Positions 54,372 to 64,000 of a stretch of 64,000 nucleotides of DNA are shown one piece after another. The first letter of the stretch is position 1. The number at the start of each line of letters is the position of its first letter. The stretch covers positions 6,784,001 through 6,848,000 of the forward strand of contig CAVTTN010000002.1 of the NCBI GenBank assembly GCA_963737655.1, read 5' to 3'. The DNA comes from an uncultured Planctomycetota bacterium. GTDB taxonomy: Bacteria > Planctomycetota > Planctomycetia > Isosphaerales > Isosphaeraceae. The translations under genes were made by a program, and so were the position numbers. Below the pieces are notes generated by a model. It searched no databases. It saw only the letters and a list, made by a program, of their open reading frames with translations, and was not told the DNA's origin.

Positions 54372-55022
54372 TCAGGGATCGTGCCGGACCCGTCGGCCCT
54401 CGACGCGGAGCCGTCCGGCGGCGTGGAGGGCGATGGCCTCGGGGAGGGCGTCGCATTCGGCGAGGAAGACGCGGTGGGCGAGGGTTTCGGGGGTGTCGTC
54501 GTCGAGGACCGGCACGGCCTTCTGGATCACGATCGGGCCGGTGTCGTAGGTCTGGTCGGCGAAGTGGACGGTGCAGCCGGAGAGCTTCACGCCGGCCTCG
54601 ATGGCGGCCTCGTGGACCGCCCGGCCGTGGAAGCCCCGGCCCGAGAAGGCCGGGATCAGGGCGGGGTGGACGTTCAGGACCTTGCAGGCGAAGTCGTCGG
54701 GGATCTCCAGGAGCGAGAGGAAGCCGCCGAGGACCACGAGGTCGGCGCCGCGGTGGCGGATCGGGGCGAAGACGTCGGCGCTGAAGTCCTGGACCGGCCT
54801 CTTCTTGCGCTCGATGACGGCGACCGGCACCCCGGCGGCCTCGGCCCGGCCGATCGCGGCGACCCCGGCCCGGCTGGCGACGACCTGGACGACCTCGGCG
54901 GCGAGCCGGCCGTCGGCGATCCGGTCCAGGAGGTTCTGCAACGTCGTCCCCCCGCCCGACACGCAGACGGCCAGGCGGATCGGAGGGCCGACGATCGGCG
55001 GATTGCGCGGGGAATCGGGCAT
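54372..55022 (-). CDS. purN: Phosphoribosylglycinamide formyltransferase
   Basis: SGGGTTLQ, LNVHPALIPAF, GCTVHF, DTGPI. Confidence 0.95.
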   Translation of the reverse strand: MPDSPRNPPIVGPPIRLAVCVSGGGTTLQNLLDRIADGRLAAEVVQVVASRAGVAAIGRAEAAGVPVAVIERKKRPVQDFSADVFAPIRHRGADLVVLGGFLSLLEIPDDFACKVLNVHPALIPAFSGRGFHGRAVHEAAIEAGVKLSGCTVHFADQTYDTGPIVIQKAVPVLDDDTPETLAHRVFLAECDALPEAIALHAAGRLRVEGRRVRHDP

Positions 55023-55338
55023 CGGATGGAGGGCCGAGGGTGGAGACGGGCGGCCGTCGCGGGTCGGGACGGCCCTCGACTCTACCCGAATCGGCCCGGC
55101 CGCGGGAGGGCAGGCGGATCGGCCGATCGTCTTCAGGCCGATTTTACGTTTCTATTCGCGGTTAGATCGCGAATAGAGAACGGAAAATGATACTTTACGC
55201 GGCGAGTCTCGCGGATGGGGCCGTCGGCGATCCCCGGCCGTCGGGCGCTTGCGGGGTGGCGGGCGTGGCCCTACCCTGGAGCGCCGGGGCGGCCGGCGAC
55301 CGTCGCCGATCCACCCCCGGGGCCCGGGCCGAGGGGGC

Positions 55339-56148
55339 ATGATTCGGATGAGCGAGCGTTCCGCCGACCTGGACCTGGACCTGGAGTTCGTCAAGGCCCT
55401 CGCCGTCGAGGCCGCCGGGATCGCCCGGGAGCGGGCCGCCCTGGCGACCCCTCACGAGAAGCCGAACCATACTTATGTGACGGACCTCGACCTGGAGCTG
55501 GAGCGGTTCCTCCGGTCCCGCCTGGCCGAGCGGTTCCCCGACGACCGGCTGACGGGCGAGGAGTACGCCGCCTCGGGCGGCTCGGGGCCGAGGCGGTGGT
55601 CGATCGACCCGATCGACGGCACGGGCAACCTGGTCCACGGCCTGCCGATGTGGGCGATCAGCATCGGCCTGATCGACTCGGGCGAGCCGGTCCTGGGCGT
55701 GATCGCGGTCCCCCCCCTGAACGAGCTGTACTGGGCCACGAAAGGCGGAGGCGCGTGGCGAGACGGCCTCCGCCTGACCTGCCTGGACGCCGACGCGTTC
55801 CACGACCAGGACAACGTCTGCCTCGGCACCAACGCGATGAGGGCCGTCGATCCGAGGAGCCTCAAGGGGCGGCTGAGGGACATCGGCAGCGCCTGCTGCG
55901 AGCTGGTCTTCACGGCCGGCAACCGGCTCCAGTGCTCCACGTTCCTGGGCGAGCAGGCGCACGACGTGGCGGCCGGCTCGGTGATCGTCAGCGAGGCCGG
56001 GTGCGGGTTCGCCACGATCGACGGCCGGTATTTGACGGCGGCCGAGTTCGTCGCCGAGACCCCGGTGAGCGTCCCGACGTTCGTGGCCCCGCCGAACCGG
56101 TTGGCGGCGCTGGTGGCGACGGGGCGGAGGTACGATGTCCGGGCGTGA
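55339..56148 (+). CDS. Inositol monophosphatase family protein
   Basis: VTDLD, GEE, WSIDPIDGT, DVAAG. Confidence 0.93.
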   Translation: MIRMSERSADLDLDLEFVKALAVEAAGIARERAALATPHEKPNHTYVTDLDLELERFLRSRLAERFPDDRLTGEEYAASGGSGPRRWSIDPIDGTGNLVHGLPMWAISIGLIDSGEPVLGVIAVPPLNELYWATKGGGAWRDGLRLTCLDADAFHDQDNVCLGTNAMRAVDPRSLKGRLRDIGSACCELVFTAGNRLQCSTFLGEQAHDVAAGSVIVSEAGCGFATIDGRYLTAAEFVAETPVSVPTFVAPPNRLAALVATGRRYDVRA

Positions 56149-56159
56149 GCGGCCGTTGA

Positions 56160-56756
56160 TCAGAGGTACTGGGCGAGAAAAGTGCCTCCGAAGAGGGGGA
56201 TGGTGATGATCCAGAACAGGCCCAGGGCCCGGCCCGCCCGGTCGATCCATCCTCGTTCGCTTCGCCAGCGGCCCTCGATCGCGAGCATCGCCCAGGAGAT
56301 GGCCACGCCCACGCCCACGAACGGCGAGGCGAGGCCCTCCCACTCCAGGAGGGTGCCGGCGAGGTCCTTCCAGGATGCGCCCGACCATCGCCCCGACATC
56401 CAGAGATACGCGATGACCGACGCCATCAGGACCGAGGCGGCCAGGAGGCCCAGGGAGGCGGCCAGGCAGGCGACGGCCCCCGGCTGGCGGACGATCCTCC
56501 GCCACGAGGGGCGAGGGCCCCGGAGCCTCAGGACCAGGACCGCGACCGTCCAGGCCAGGACGCACGGCAGCGCCAGGGCCGTGCCTCCGACGGCCAGCAT
56601 CCATGCCCTGTCGAACGAGGAACCCGCCTGCGGCCAGTTCCCGGTCATCGTCGGCAGGACCCGGCCGATCCACGCCAGCCCGGCGGCGGTCGCCGCCACG
56701 AGGATCATCCCGTCGGCGATCGTGAATCGCCGGCTTCCCTGCCCCGTCCGACTCAT
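56160..56756 (-). CDS. Membrane protein with RRFTIADGM leader
   Basis: Five hydrophobic segments. Confidence 0.8.
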   Translation of the reverse strand: MSRTGQGSRRFTIADGMILVAATAAGLAWIGRVLPTMTGNWPQAGSSFDRAWMLAVGGTALALPCVLAWTVAVLVLRLRGPRPSWRRIVRQPGAVACLAASLGLLAASVLMASVIAYLWMSGRWSGASWKDLAGTLLEWEGLASPFVGVGVAISWAMLAIEGRWRSERGWIDRAGRALGLFWIITIPLFGGTFLAQYL

Positions 56757-56818
56757 CGTCTCGTCCCCCGAAGACTTTCGGACCCCGCGGGCCGGATCGT
56801 AACGAAGGGAGACGCCCG

Positions 56819-57301
56819 ATGCAACGCAAGATCGCCTCCTTGCCCGAATCGATGGCCGGGCTCTGCCTGATCCGCCTGGGGATGCAGGTCCGGAGGCTGT
56901 CGGCCCTGGCGTTCGCCTCGAAGATGGGCCGGGGGATCGACCGATCGGCCCGCGAGGCGATCGCGGCCGGGGCCGGGCTCCTGCATTCGGAGCGGTTCGC
57001 GTTCGGCTGGAGGCATTTCGGCGTCCTGCAATATTGGCGAGGGTTCGACGACCTGGAACAATGGGCGAGGAAGCCGCCTCACGCGGAGTGGTGGCGGGAG
57101 GCCGTCGAGAGGGAGCGGAACCGGGGGGATTTCGGCATCTATCATGAAGTCTTCCTGGTGCCGAGAGACGGCATCGAGTCGATCTACCTGAATTGCGAGC
57201 CCGTCGGCCTCGCCACGTTCGGGACGATCGGCGAGCCCGTCGGCCCGATGACCACCAGCCGGCAGAGGCTCAACCGGTCGGGCCAGGGAAGCGCCACGTA
57301 G
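56819..57301 (+). CDS. DUF4188-like protein
   Basis: QYWRGFDDLEQWA...H..WW, GIYHE, ESIY. Confidence 0.8.
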   Translation: MQRKIASLPESMAGLCLIRLGMQVRRLSALAFASKMGRGIDRSAREAIAAGAGLLHSERFAFGWRHFGVLQYWRGFDDLEQWARKPPHAEWWREAVERERNRGDFGIYHEVFLVPRDGIESIYLNCEPVGLATFGTIGEPVGPMTTSRQRLNRSGQGSAT

Positions 57302-57458
57302 GGTGCATGCCATGCACCAATCCCGCGCGGGCGAAGCCCGCCTTCCGTTGGGAAAGGCTGCGTTGGATCGTCGAGGAGGGGAGAGGAGTAGGCGGGGAGT
57401 GAGCGGTTGGCGGCCTTCGGCCTCCGCATGGAGAGTTGGTGCATTGCATGCACCCGAC
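57298..57458. repeat. GTAG-type REP doublet
   Basis: GTAGGGTGCATGCCATGCACC / GGTGCATTGCATGCACCCGAC. Confidence 0.85.
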
Positions 57459-57481
57459 ATCGATTTGAGGCGATTCGATTC

Positions 57482-57895
57482 ATGGGTTCCTGGGGCGTTC
57501 GGAGCTTTGAGAACGACGACTCGGCCGACGCCCTCGACGCGGCCTATGAGCGCGTTCATGGGTCGAAGTATGAAGACCTCATGGACGATCGCAACCCGAT
57601 GCCGTTCGAAGACGTCCAGCGCAAGCTGGCGAACCCGGAGACGCTCGTTGCGGCCGTGGAATGGCTCCGCGAGGAGTTCGGCGACGACCTCGACGGTTGG
57701 GACGACGAGGCGAGGCTGGCCCTGGCCGGCGTGGTCGTCCGTCATGCGGAGGCGGGCGTGGCGATCCCGGCGGATTTGCGCGATCGCGCGGTCTCGTGGC
57801 TGGAATCGGAGGCGATCGAATGGGACGAGGCCACGGTCCGCAGGCTCCGACGGCGGAAGGAGATCGAGATGCTGACGAGGGGGGCCGGCCCTTGA
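57482..57895 (+). CDS. DUF4259-like protein
   Basis: MGSWGVRSFENDDSAD N-terminus. Confidence 0.8.
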   Translation: MGSWGVRSFENDDSADALDAAYERVHGSKYEDLMDDRNPMPFEDVQRKLANPETLVAAVEWLREEFGDDLDGWDDEARLALAGVVVRHAEAGVAIPADLRDRAVSWLESEAIEWDEATVRRLRRRKEIEMLTRGAGP

Positions 57896-57921
57896 GCGAT
57901 TTGCCGAGGACGCCCGACCCG

Positions 57922-59130
57922 ATGGCCCCCGAGGCGGCCGTCCGGGGCCGGCTGGAGTCGATCGACGTGCTCCGCGGAGTGGTCATGGCGGTGATGGTCC
58001 TGGACCACGCCCGCGACTTCTTCGGGGAGGTCCGTCGGCAACCGCTGGACCTGGCCTCGACGACCCCGGCGCTGTTCTTCACGCGATGGATCACCCATTT
58101 CTGCGCCCCCACGTTCGTGTTCCTCGCGGGGGCGGGGGTTTACCTGTACGGGATGAAGGGGCGGACCAAGGGTCAGGTGTCGTGGTTCCTGCTGTCCCGG
58201 GGGTTGTGGCTCATCTTCCTGGAATTGACGGCCGTTCGCCTCGGGCTGACGTTCGATCTGTCGTATCAATTCATCCCGTTGACGGTGATCTGGGCGATCG
58301 GGGCGTCGATGGTGGCGATGTCGGCCCTGGTGTTCCTGCCGACCGGGCTGATCCTGGCGATCGGGCTGGTCCTGATCGTCGGCCACAACGCGACCGACGG
58401 CGTGACGGTGAAGGACGACCTGCTCGGCGACCTCTGGCGGCTCCTCCATCAGCAGGCGTTGCTGCGATCGATCTCCTCGCCGGTGGTCTTCGCGCTCTAT
58501 CCGCTCGTGCCCTGGGTGGGCGTGGTGGCGGCGGGGTACGGATTCGGGTCGTTGTATCGACTGCCTCCGGAGAGGAGACGGCCGATCCTCCTGGGCCTGG
58601 GGGCGGCCCTGATCGTGGGGTTCGTGGCCCTTCGCGCGAGCAACGTTTATGGAGACCCGTCCCGGTGGATGGTCTGGGGCCGGTCCGCCGACGGCCTCCC
58701 GACGCCGGGGGCGAAGCCGCCCGACCTGCTCTGGACGTTCATGAGCTTCGTGAACTGCGCGAAGTATCCGCCGTCGCTGCTCTTCCTGATGATGACTCTG
58801 GGCCCGGCGATCGGGTTCCTCGGGCTGATCGACGGGCGGGTCGGGCCGATCGGCCGGCCCCTGGTGAGGTTGGGCCGGGTCCCGTTGTTCTATTATGTGT
58901 TGCAGTGGTGGCTTCTGCATGCGATGGCGATCGTCGTCGCCATGATCCGGGATCGGCCCTGGCGATGGCTCCTGACGAGCGGGCCATTCGAGCCGCCGGA
59001 GGGGTATGGGTCGGGCCTGCCGTTCGTGTATGCGATGTGGCTCGTGGCGCTGGCGATCCTGTACCCGGCCTCGGCCTGGTTCGCGGGGGTGAAGGCCCGG
59101 CGGAAGGACTGGTGGCTCGGATACCTGTAG
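57922..59130 (+). CDS. DUF1624 (HGSNAT-like) membrane protein
   Basis: RLESIDVLRG, RWITHFCAP, KYPPSL. Confidence 0.9.
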   Translation: MAPEAAVRGRLESIDVLRGVVMAVMVLDHARDFFGEVRRQPLDLASTTPALFFTRWITHFCAPTFVFLAGAGVYLYGMKGRTKGQVSWFLLSRGLWLIFLELTAVRLGLTFDLSYQFIPLTVIWAIGASMVAMSALVFLPTGLILAIGLVLIVGHNATDGVTVKDDLLGDLWRLLHQQALLRSISSPVVFALYPLVPWVGVVAAGYGFGSLYRLPPERRRPILLGLGAALIVGFVALRASNVYGDPSRWMVWGRSADGLPTPGAKPPDLLWTFMSFVNCAKYPPSLLFLMMTLGPAIGFLGLIDGRVGPIGRPLVRLGRVPLFYYVLQWWLLHAMAIVVAMIRDRPWRWLLTSGPFEPPEGYGSGLPFVYAMWLVALAILYPASAWFAGVKARRKDWWLGYL

Positions 59131-59287
59131 GGTGCATGCAATGCACCGTCATGTCGGGTGCATGAAATGCACCAACCACGCGGCGGCCATCGGCCGCCTC
59201 CCTTCTCCCTTCTCCCTTGTTCTCGATCCCAAACGCGAAGGGTCGTGGGCGGGTTTCACCCGCCCGCCACCACGGTGCATTTCCTGC
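59127..59287. repeat. GTAG-type REP cluster
   Basis: Two tandem copies (59127, 59153) and a truncated inverted copy at 59274. Confidence 0.82.
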
Positions 59288-59295
59288 CGATGGCC

Positions 59296-60822
59296 TCATT
59301 CCTCGGATTCGGGCGGGGTGGATTCGGTGATCAGCCGGTTCAGGCTTCGTCGATAGTGCCAGAGCTGGGTCCTGGGTCCGAGTTTCTTCGAGAGCTCGGC
59401 CCAGGCGGCGGAGGCGGCGAGCAGGGCGGCCTCGGGCGGAGTCCCGGCGATCGCCGCGCCCCTCGCCCTGGCGAATTCGGCGAGATAGGCGTCGGCCCCG
59501 GGGATCCTCAGGCCGGGGATGACCCGGGCATTGGTCAGGGTCTCGGCGACGGCGACGCCCCAGGCTCTTGAATCGATCCCGAGGCTCGCTCCCCCGAACG
59601 GCAGGCCGACGCCCAGGGCCGAGGAGCGGACCGGCAGCATCGGGAACGCCGGGTCGGCCTGGATCGCCCGCGACGCCTCGGGCCCGGCCAGGGTCTTGGC
59701 CAGGTCGAGCGCGGCGGCCCGGCGGTCCTTCGGCACCCTGGCGGAGACGCCCACGAGCCAGCCTCCGCCCCGGGGCAGGTACGACGGGCGGTTGGGCGTG
59801 GCCGGGGTGTCCCACTTCCGGCCGCGGGGGTCGTAGACCCGGGGCGATCCCGGGAGCCGGGCCACCCCGATCGGCACGGGGTGCTTCGCGTCGGCCCACT
59901 GGCGGACGGCCTCGGCCCGGTCGATCAACAGGGCGGCCTCGCCCGAGCGGAACGCCTTCCGCGCGTCCTGGGCCGTTCGGGGCGAGCCTCCCGGCGGCGC
60001 GAGCTTCGACCACGACGCGACCCCGGCCAGGGCCTCGACGAACGGGGGCGTCGCGATCTTCGGCTCCATCGTCCCGGAGTCGAACAGGAAGTCGTAATGA
60101 TCGGGATGGGCCCCGAGCGCCGCGGCCCGGGCGAGGACGAGCGTATCGGCGATCCCTTCGGGGTCGTCGCCCAGAGGGGCGGCGATCCCGCCTCGGGCCC
60201 GGCCCGAGCCGTCCCAGTCCCTCCCGGCGAAGAACCGGGCGAGGGCGTCGAGCTGCTCCCAGGTCTCCGGCGGCTTCAACTCCAGGCCCGTCGCGGCGGC
60301 GGCCTTGCGGTTGGTCTCCGAGTCGAAGGCGTCGCGGCGATAGGCCAGGACCAGGGCCGACCCGCCGATCGGCAGCCCCATCCGGTCATCGCCCCATTGC
60401 GAGACCTCCTCGCGCTCGCTCGGGACGATCTCGGCCAGGGCCAGGGGGTCGGGCGGCGGGGCCTCGCGAGGGCCCAGGGGCATCGGCGTGCGGATGTCCG
60501 AGTCCCTCAGGACGAGCAGGGCCTCGGACCGGACGAGGTCGCCCAGCCGGTCTCCGGGGAAGACCAGGACGTCGGCCCCGCGGAGGTTCTTGGGCCCGAC
60601 GGGTTCGGGCTCGACGGCGACCTGGCCGCCGACGGCCTGCTCCCACGCCCCTCGCCACGAGCGGATCGGCTGGAGGACCGCCGGGTCGCCGACCGCCGCC
60701 AGGGGGACGCTCACGCCCGGGAACGAGGGACGCGAAGGCCCCGAGGAGGTCGATCCCCCTCCGCAGCCGCCCATCATCGCGGCCGCCAGGCCGAGCCAGA
60801 CCATCGCAAAACCCCGACGCAT
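59296..60822 (-). CDS. Extracellular solute-binding lipoprotein (sugar ABC type)
   Basis: GGC lipobox, LAYRRD, PPETWEQL. Confidence 0.85.
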   Translation of the reverse strand: MRRGFAMVWLGLAAAMMGGCGGGSTSSGPSRPSFPGVSVPLAAVGDPAVLQPIRSWRGAWEQAVGGQVAVEPEPVGPKNLRGADVLVFPGDRLGDLVRSEALLVLRDSDIRTPMPLGPREAPPPDPLALAEIVPSEREEVSQWGDDRMGLPIGGSALVLAYRRDAFDSETNRKAAAATGLELKPPETWEQLDALARFFAGRDWDGSGRARGGIAAPLGDDPEGIADTLVLARAAALGAHPDHYDFLFDSGTMEPKIATPPFVEALAGVASWSKLAPPGGSPRTAQDARKAFRSGEAALLIDRAEAVRQWADAKHPVPIGVARLPGSPRVYDPRGRKWDTPATPNRPSYLPRGGGWLVGVSARVPKDRRAAALDLAKTLAGPEASRAIQADPAFPMLPVRSSALGVGLPFGGASLGIDSRAWGVAVAETLTNARVIPGLRIPGADAYLAEFARARGAAIAGTPPEAALLAASAAWAELSKKLGPRTQLWHYRRSLNRLITESTPPESEE

Positions 60823-61023
60823 CGGCCTTCCCTTCCTCGCGAAAACCCGGAGACGCTCCTGGACCCTCATGGTAAGGGCTGGCCGGGGGGCGGTCAAACC
60901 GGTCGGAGCAAGGGGGAACGGCCCCCGGGTCGGGAAATGCTCGGCGGGGCAGGCGCCCGGCGAACCGGATGCCTGCCCCGCGGGGTGCGTCTCTGGGGAT
61001 GTTCGGTGCGGGGAAAGATCGGA

Positions 61024-61707
61024 TCAGATGTCGATGCCGAGGCGGTAGCGGAGCTCCTCGAACTGGTCCTTGTAGACGTCGTCGGTGGAGTGGAGGTGCT
61101 CGGCCTCGGAGATGAACTTCAGGGTGTCGTCGCGGCGGAGGCCGGCGTCCCGGAGGACTTCCTCGAACGGCTCGAGGTCATGGGCGTAGACGAACAGGAG
61201 CTTGTGCTCGTCGAACTGGACCTCCATCGGGCCGCTGGGGTTCAGCGCGGCCAGGCCGGTGCAGCCGTCGTTCAGGAGCAGCTCCTCGTAGTCGTAGAGG
61301 GTGCTCTTGAGGATCACGGTATCCATGTGCTCGCGGTAGAGGTCGGCGTGGGCGCCCGGCTCGCTCTCGTGGGAGGATTCCATCACGACGTCGATCTCGT
61401 CCCCGAGGGGGTCGAGCAGGCTCATGAAGACCTCGAAGAGGCGGTCCGAGGAGACGCTCGCGGCGAGGACGGGCATGGTGTTGCCGGTCTCGGGGTCGCG
61501 ATAGACGTCCCTCCGGTATCCTTCCCTCGGCACGATCTCCAGGCCGAACGAGGGCCGGACGGCGTCGGTCAGGCTGAAATTGCCGTACTTGCCGACCTTC
61601 AGGTGAGCATCGAGCTGATCCTGGCTGAGGTCATCGAAACCGGTCCGGGGCATGCGGCCGGGGGTGGTTCGCAAGACCCGTTCGAGGAACCGTTGAAGGA
61701 AGCTCAT
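61024..61707 (-). CDS. Hypothetical protein
   Basis: Long GC3-rich ORF, GGAGG RBS. Confidence 0.85.
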   Translation of the reverse strand: MSFLQRFLERVLRTTPGRMPRTGFDDLSQDQLDAHLKVGKYGNFSLTDAVRPSFGLEIVPREGYRRDVYRDPETGNTMPVLAASVSSDRLFEVFMSLLDPLGDEIDVVMESSHESEPGAHADLYREHMDTVILKSTLYDYEELLLNDGCTGLAALNPSGPMEVQFDEHKLLFVYAHDLEPFEEVLRDAGLRRDDTLKFISEAEHLHSTDDVYKDQFEELRYRLGIDI

Positions 61708-62315
61708 GGGATTGTCGTCCCCTCCTGCCGCCAGCAGACGTCGTATGGGGTGGTCAGTCCTGGGACCGCGTCGGACGAACCCGGGGAAACTCCCCCGAGC
61801 TGAGCCATCCCGGGCATCCGTCCGACACCGCGCCCAAGGGGACGAATCCACCCCGGGGACGGTCGCCTCTCCCTCGGCACCGCTCGTTCACCGTTCTCCT
61901 ATATATACCATGTAAGACGCCGAAAACCCGCCGGGCCCGAGAAACAAATTGAAGCCCCTCGGGCGGGCGGGCCGATGCGTTCGCGAAGATGTCGATCCGT
62001 TCGGCGCCCGGAGTCGGTCCGAGCGTGAAAGGGACTTGTCGCAACTGCGATGCCAACGCCCCTCATGAGTCCTCCTCGGCGGCCTGTCGGCCCGAAACGG
62101 CCGGGACTTGAGGCGAATTTCGAGAGATCCGCCGGGCGATCGGTCGGCCCTCGGCCTGGTACATTGTTCAAGACGGGGGCCGACCGGCCTTGTGACCCCT
62201 CGGCGGCTTCCCATCTCCGAACCTACGGCGCGCGTTTCGGGAAAGCAACGGACCGACCGGCCCGATCGGTCGGTTCCTCGCGACGAGCGGGCCCCCGTCC
62301 CTCCGGCTCGCTCGA

Positions 62316-62570
62316 TCACCACCATTTCGGCCCGCGTTCGCCCAGCGCCACCTTGGCGGCGTGGACCCGCGCCCGGGCGTCTCGCTCGGCGGCCTGGTCC
62401 TTGGCCTTCAGGGCCCGGCCGACGTCCCCCCGGGCCCTCATCAGCTCGGAGACCAGCCGTTTTCGCTCGGCTTCGGGCAGGTTCGGGTTGGTCGCCCGCC
62501 ACTTCCGGCCGTCGATCAGGACGTGATGGCCATCGGGCGTCGGCTCGACGGTCTTCTTCGATTTCGCCAT
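62316..62570 (-). CDS. Small hypothetical protein
   Basis: TPDGHH..IDGRKWRAT.P...KVALGERG.KWW. Confidence 0.8.
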   Translation of the reverse strand: MAKSKKTVEPTPDGHHVLIDGRKWRATNPNLPEAERKRLVSELMRARGDVGRALKAKDQAAERDARARVHAAKVALGERGPKWW

Positions 62571-62662
62571 GATCGAAAACGCCCCGAGGGGCCGTCGGAC
62601 TCGTCCCGATCGGCCCCTCGGTCGTGTTCTCTCCGCAATCGACGCGCCTTGCCCGGTTCGGC

Positions 62663-63423
62663 TCAGCGGCGGTCCTGGAGCTTCATCAGGAGCCGGACGA
62701 TCGAGATATACAGCCAGATCAGCGTGACCATCAGGCCGAACGCGCCGTACCACTCCATCGACTTCGGCGCCTCGTAGCGGCGCTCTTCTCGATGAAGTCG
62801 AAGTCCAGCAAGAGGTTGAACGCCGCGAGGCCGACGACGAACACGCTGAAGGCGATGCCGAACTTCGAGGTGCTGTTGATGAAGTTCGTCCCGCCGTTGA
62901 AGCCGACGAGGCTGGCGAGCATCGAGAACAGGAAGAACAGGCACAACGCCCCGGTCGCCGCCCCGATCATCGCCGCGACCTTGCCGGTCACCTTGATCAA
63001 CCCGGTGGCGTAGAGCGTGAACATCACGAACGACGCGCCGAAGGTCAGCGAGACGGCCTGGAACGGCAGGCCGGGATAATACTTGTTGACCACGTTGGAG
63101 AACGAGCCGAGGAACACGCCCTCCAACGCGGCGTAGATCGGGGCGGTGACCGGGGCCCACGTCGGCTTGAAGCAGGTGACCATCGCGAAGACGAAGCCGA
63201 ACAGGGCGGCCGTGAAGGCGACGCCCTGGCCCAGGGCGCCCTGGTCGGTGTAGACCCACGACGCCGTGGCGGTGGCCGTGGTGATCAGCAGGAGCGCCAG
63301 CGCCTTGCCGGCCGTCCCCTGGACGGTCATCGCCGTGGATCGCTTCTCGGCGTGGGCCCAATCGTCGAAGATCGTGTTGCCGAAGGCGGGATTCGAGGTC
63401 TGGAAATTGCCGAGAGACGACAT
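62663..63423 (-). CDS. Bax inhibitor-1/YccA family membrane protein, frameshift near 62780
   Basis: YAALEG, LLLDFDFIE; APKSMEWYGAFGLMVTLIWLY in the other frame. Confidence 0.88.
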
Positions 63424-63541
63424 GATTCGGGACTCCTTCAGCCTCTGAATACGGACCGGGCCCCGAATCGGTTCGGCCGCGACCCGCGGGCGGACCCGGT
63501 CCCCTTTCCGTCATTGTGGCCCCGGTCGGCCCGGTTGGCAA

Positions 63542-64000
63542 TCACGATCCGGGACGAGGCCGATGGCGGAAGGCGCGGAGAGGCCCGTCGGCGAAGACGG
63601 GCCGGGGGTCGAACCAGCGGGCGTTCTCGGCGGAGAGGGCCGGGTCGGGCTCTCCCCAGACGAGGAGGACGTCGATCTCGTCGTGATGGGCGTCCAGCAG
63701 GGCCTTCCAGGCCGAGGCGCGGGCGGTCGCGTCGGCCGGGGCGTCGCGGATCGCGATCGCCTCGAACGCCTCGGCCGGAGGGTGGGGCAGGCCCGGCCGG
63801 ACCTGGACCGGGAAATAATAGTGGGCCGTCTCGTAGTTCGACCACACGACGTGCCCCGTCGTGCCCAGGCCGGCGAGGTTGTCGGCGTGGAGGACCGGGT
63901 TGGCCCGGAATTTCCCTCGGATGTTCACGAGTAACGTGCCCACCCTCTGCCCCCGACCGATCGCCGGGCCGACCCTAAGGAACGGCGAGACTCGGCGGTC
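63542..64000 (-). CDS. Hypothetical protein, C-terminal part (runs off the window)
   Basis: Open frame with NYETAHYYFPV; start likely beyond the window edge. Confidence 0.6.
   Translation of the reverse strand, partial: DRRVSPFLRVGPAIGRGQRVGTLLVNIRGKFRANPVLHADNLAGLGTTGHVVWSNYETAHYYFPVQVRPGLPHPPAEAFEAIAIRDAPADATARASAWKALLDAHHDEIDVLLVWGEPDPALSAENARWFDPRPVFADGPLRAFRHRPRPGS

Noticed and set aside
61850..62310. Possible riboswitch or sRNA in the intergenic region
   Set aside because: No recognisable riboswitch, tRNA or other RNA consensus by eye
17340..62780. Programmed frameshifting or mass pseudogenisation (ATPase, asnB, zinc-ribbon, Uma2, CrtD-like, YccA)
   Set aside because: Isolated single indels in otherwise intact genes without obvious slippery sites; most simply assembly errors, needs read check

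Overview
High-GC bacterial DNA, most likely Planctomycetota (Isosphaerales-like, inferred from DUF1559 prepilin-type genes, Uma2 paralogs and R-F-T/S-L-leader membrane proteins). Positions 1-10.2 kb are the distal end of an integron cassette array with 13 attC sites of ~100 bp; no integrase lies in the window. Six attC sites are interrupted at one identical position in the R'' box (CGCCT^AACCT): one by a complete IS110/IS1111-type element, one by an internally deleted copy, and four by near-identical 380-bp transposase-less elements. The complete and 380-bp elements share a structured non-coding region with two parallel loop modules. One carries the attC target sequence (CTAACCT); the other carries a 7-mer that co-varies with each element's own end (CTCCCCG vs CTCTTCG). 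This is the pattern expected of a bridge/seek RNA, so the short elements look like non-autonomous guide-RNA-carrying elements. A separate 146-bp TA-duplicating MITE sits in the R' box of another attC, and 7 attC loops carry an extended -10 motif. The rest is mostly ordinary chromosome (ugd, two DUF1559 genes, asnB, HtrA-family protease, dnaG-rpoD, doc TA pair, three Uma2 genes, ilvB, bshB1, purN), with a small RNase/AAA-ATPase/DUF4276 islet, REP-like palindromes and several frameshifts that may be assembly errors. All products were assigned by motif recognition only; no searches were run.
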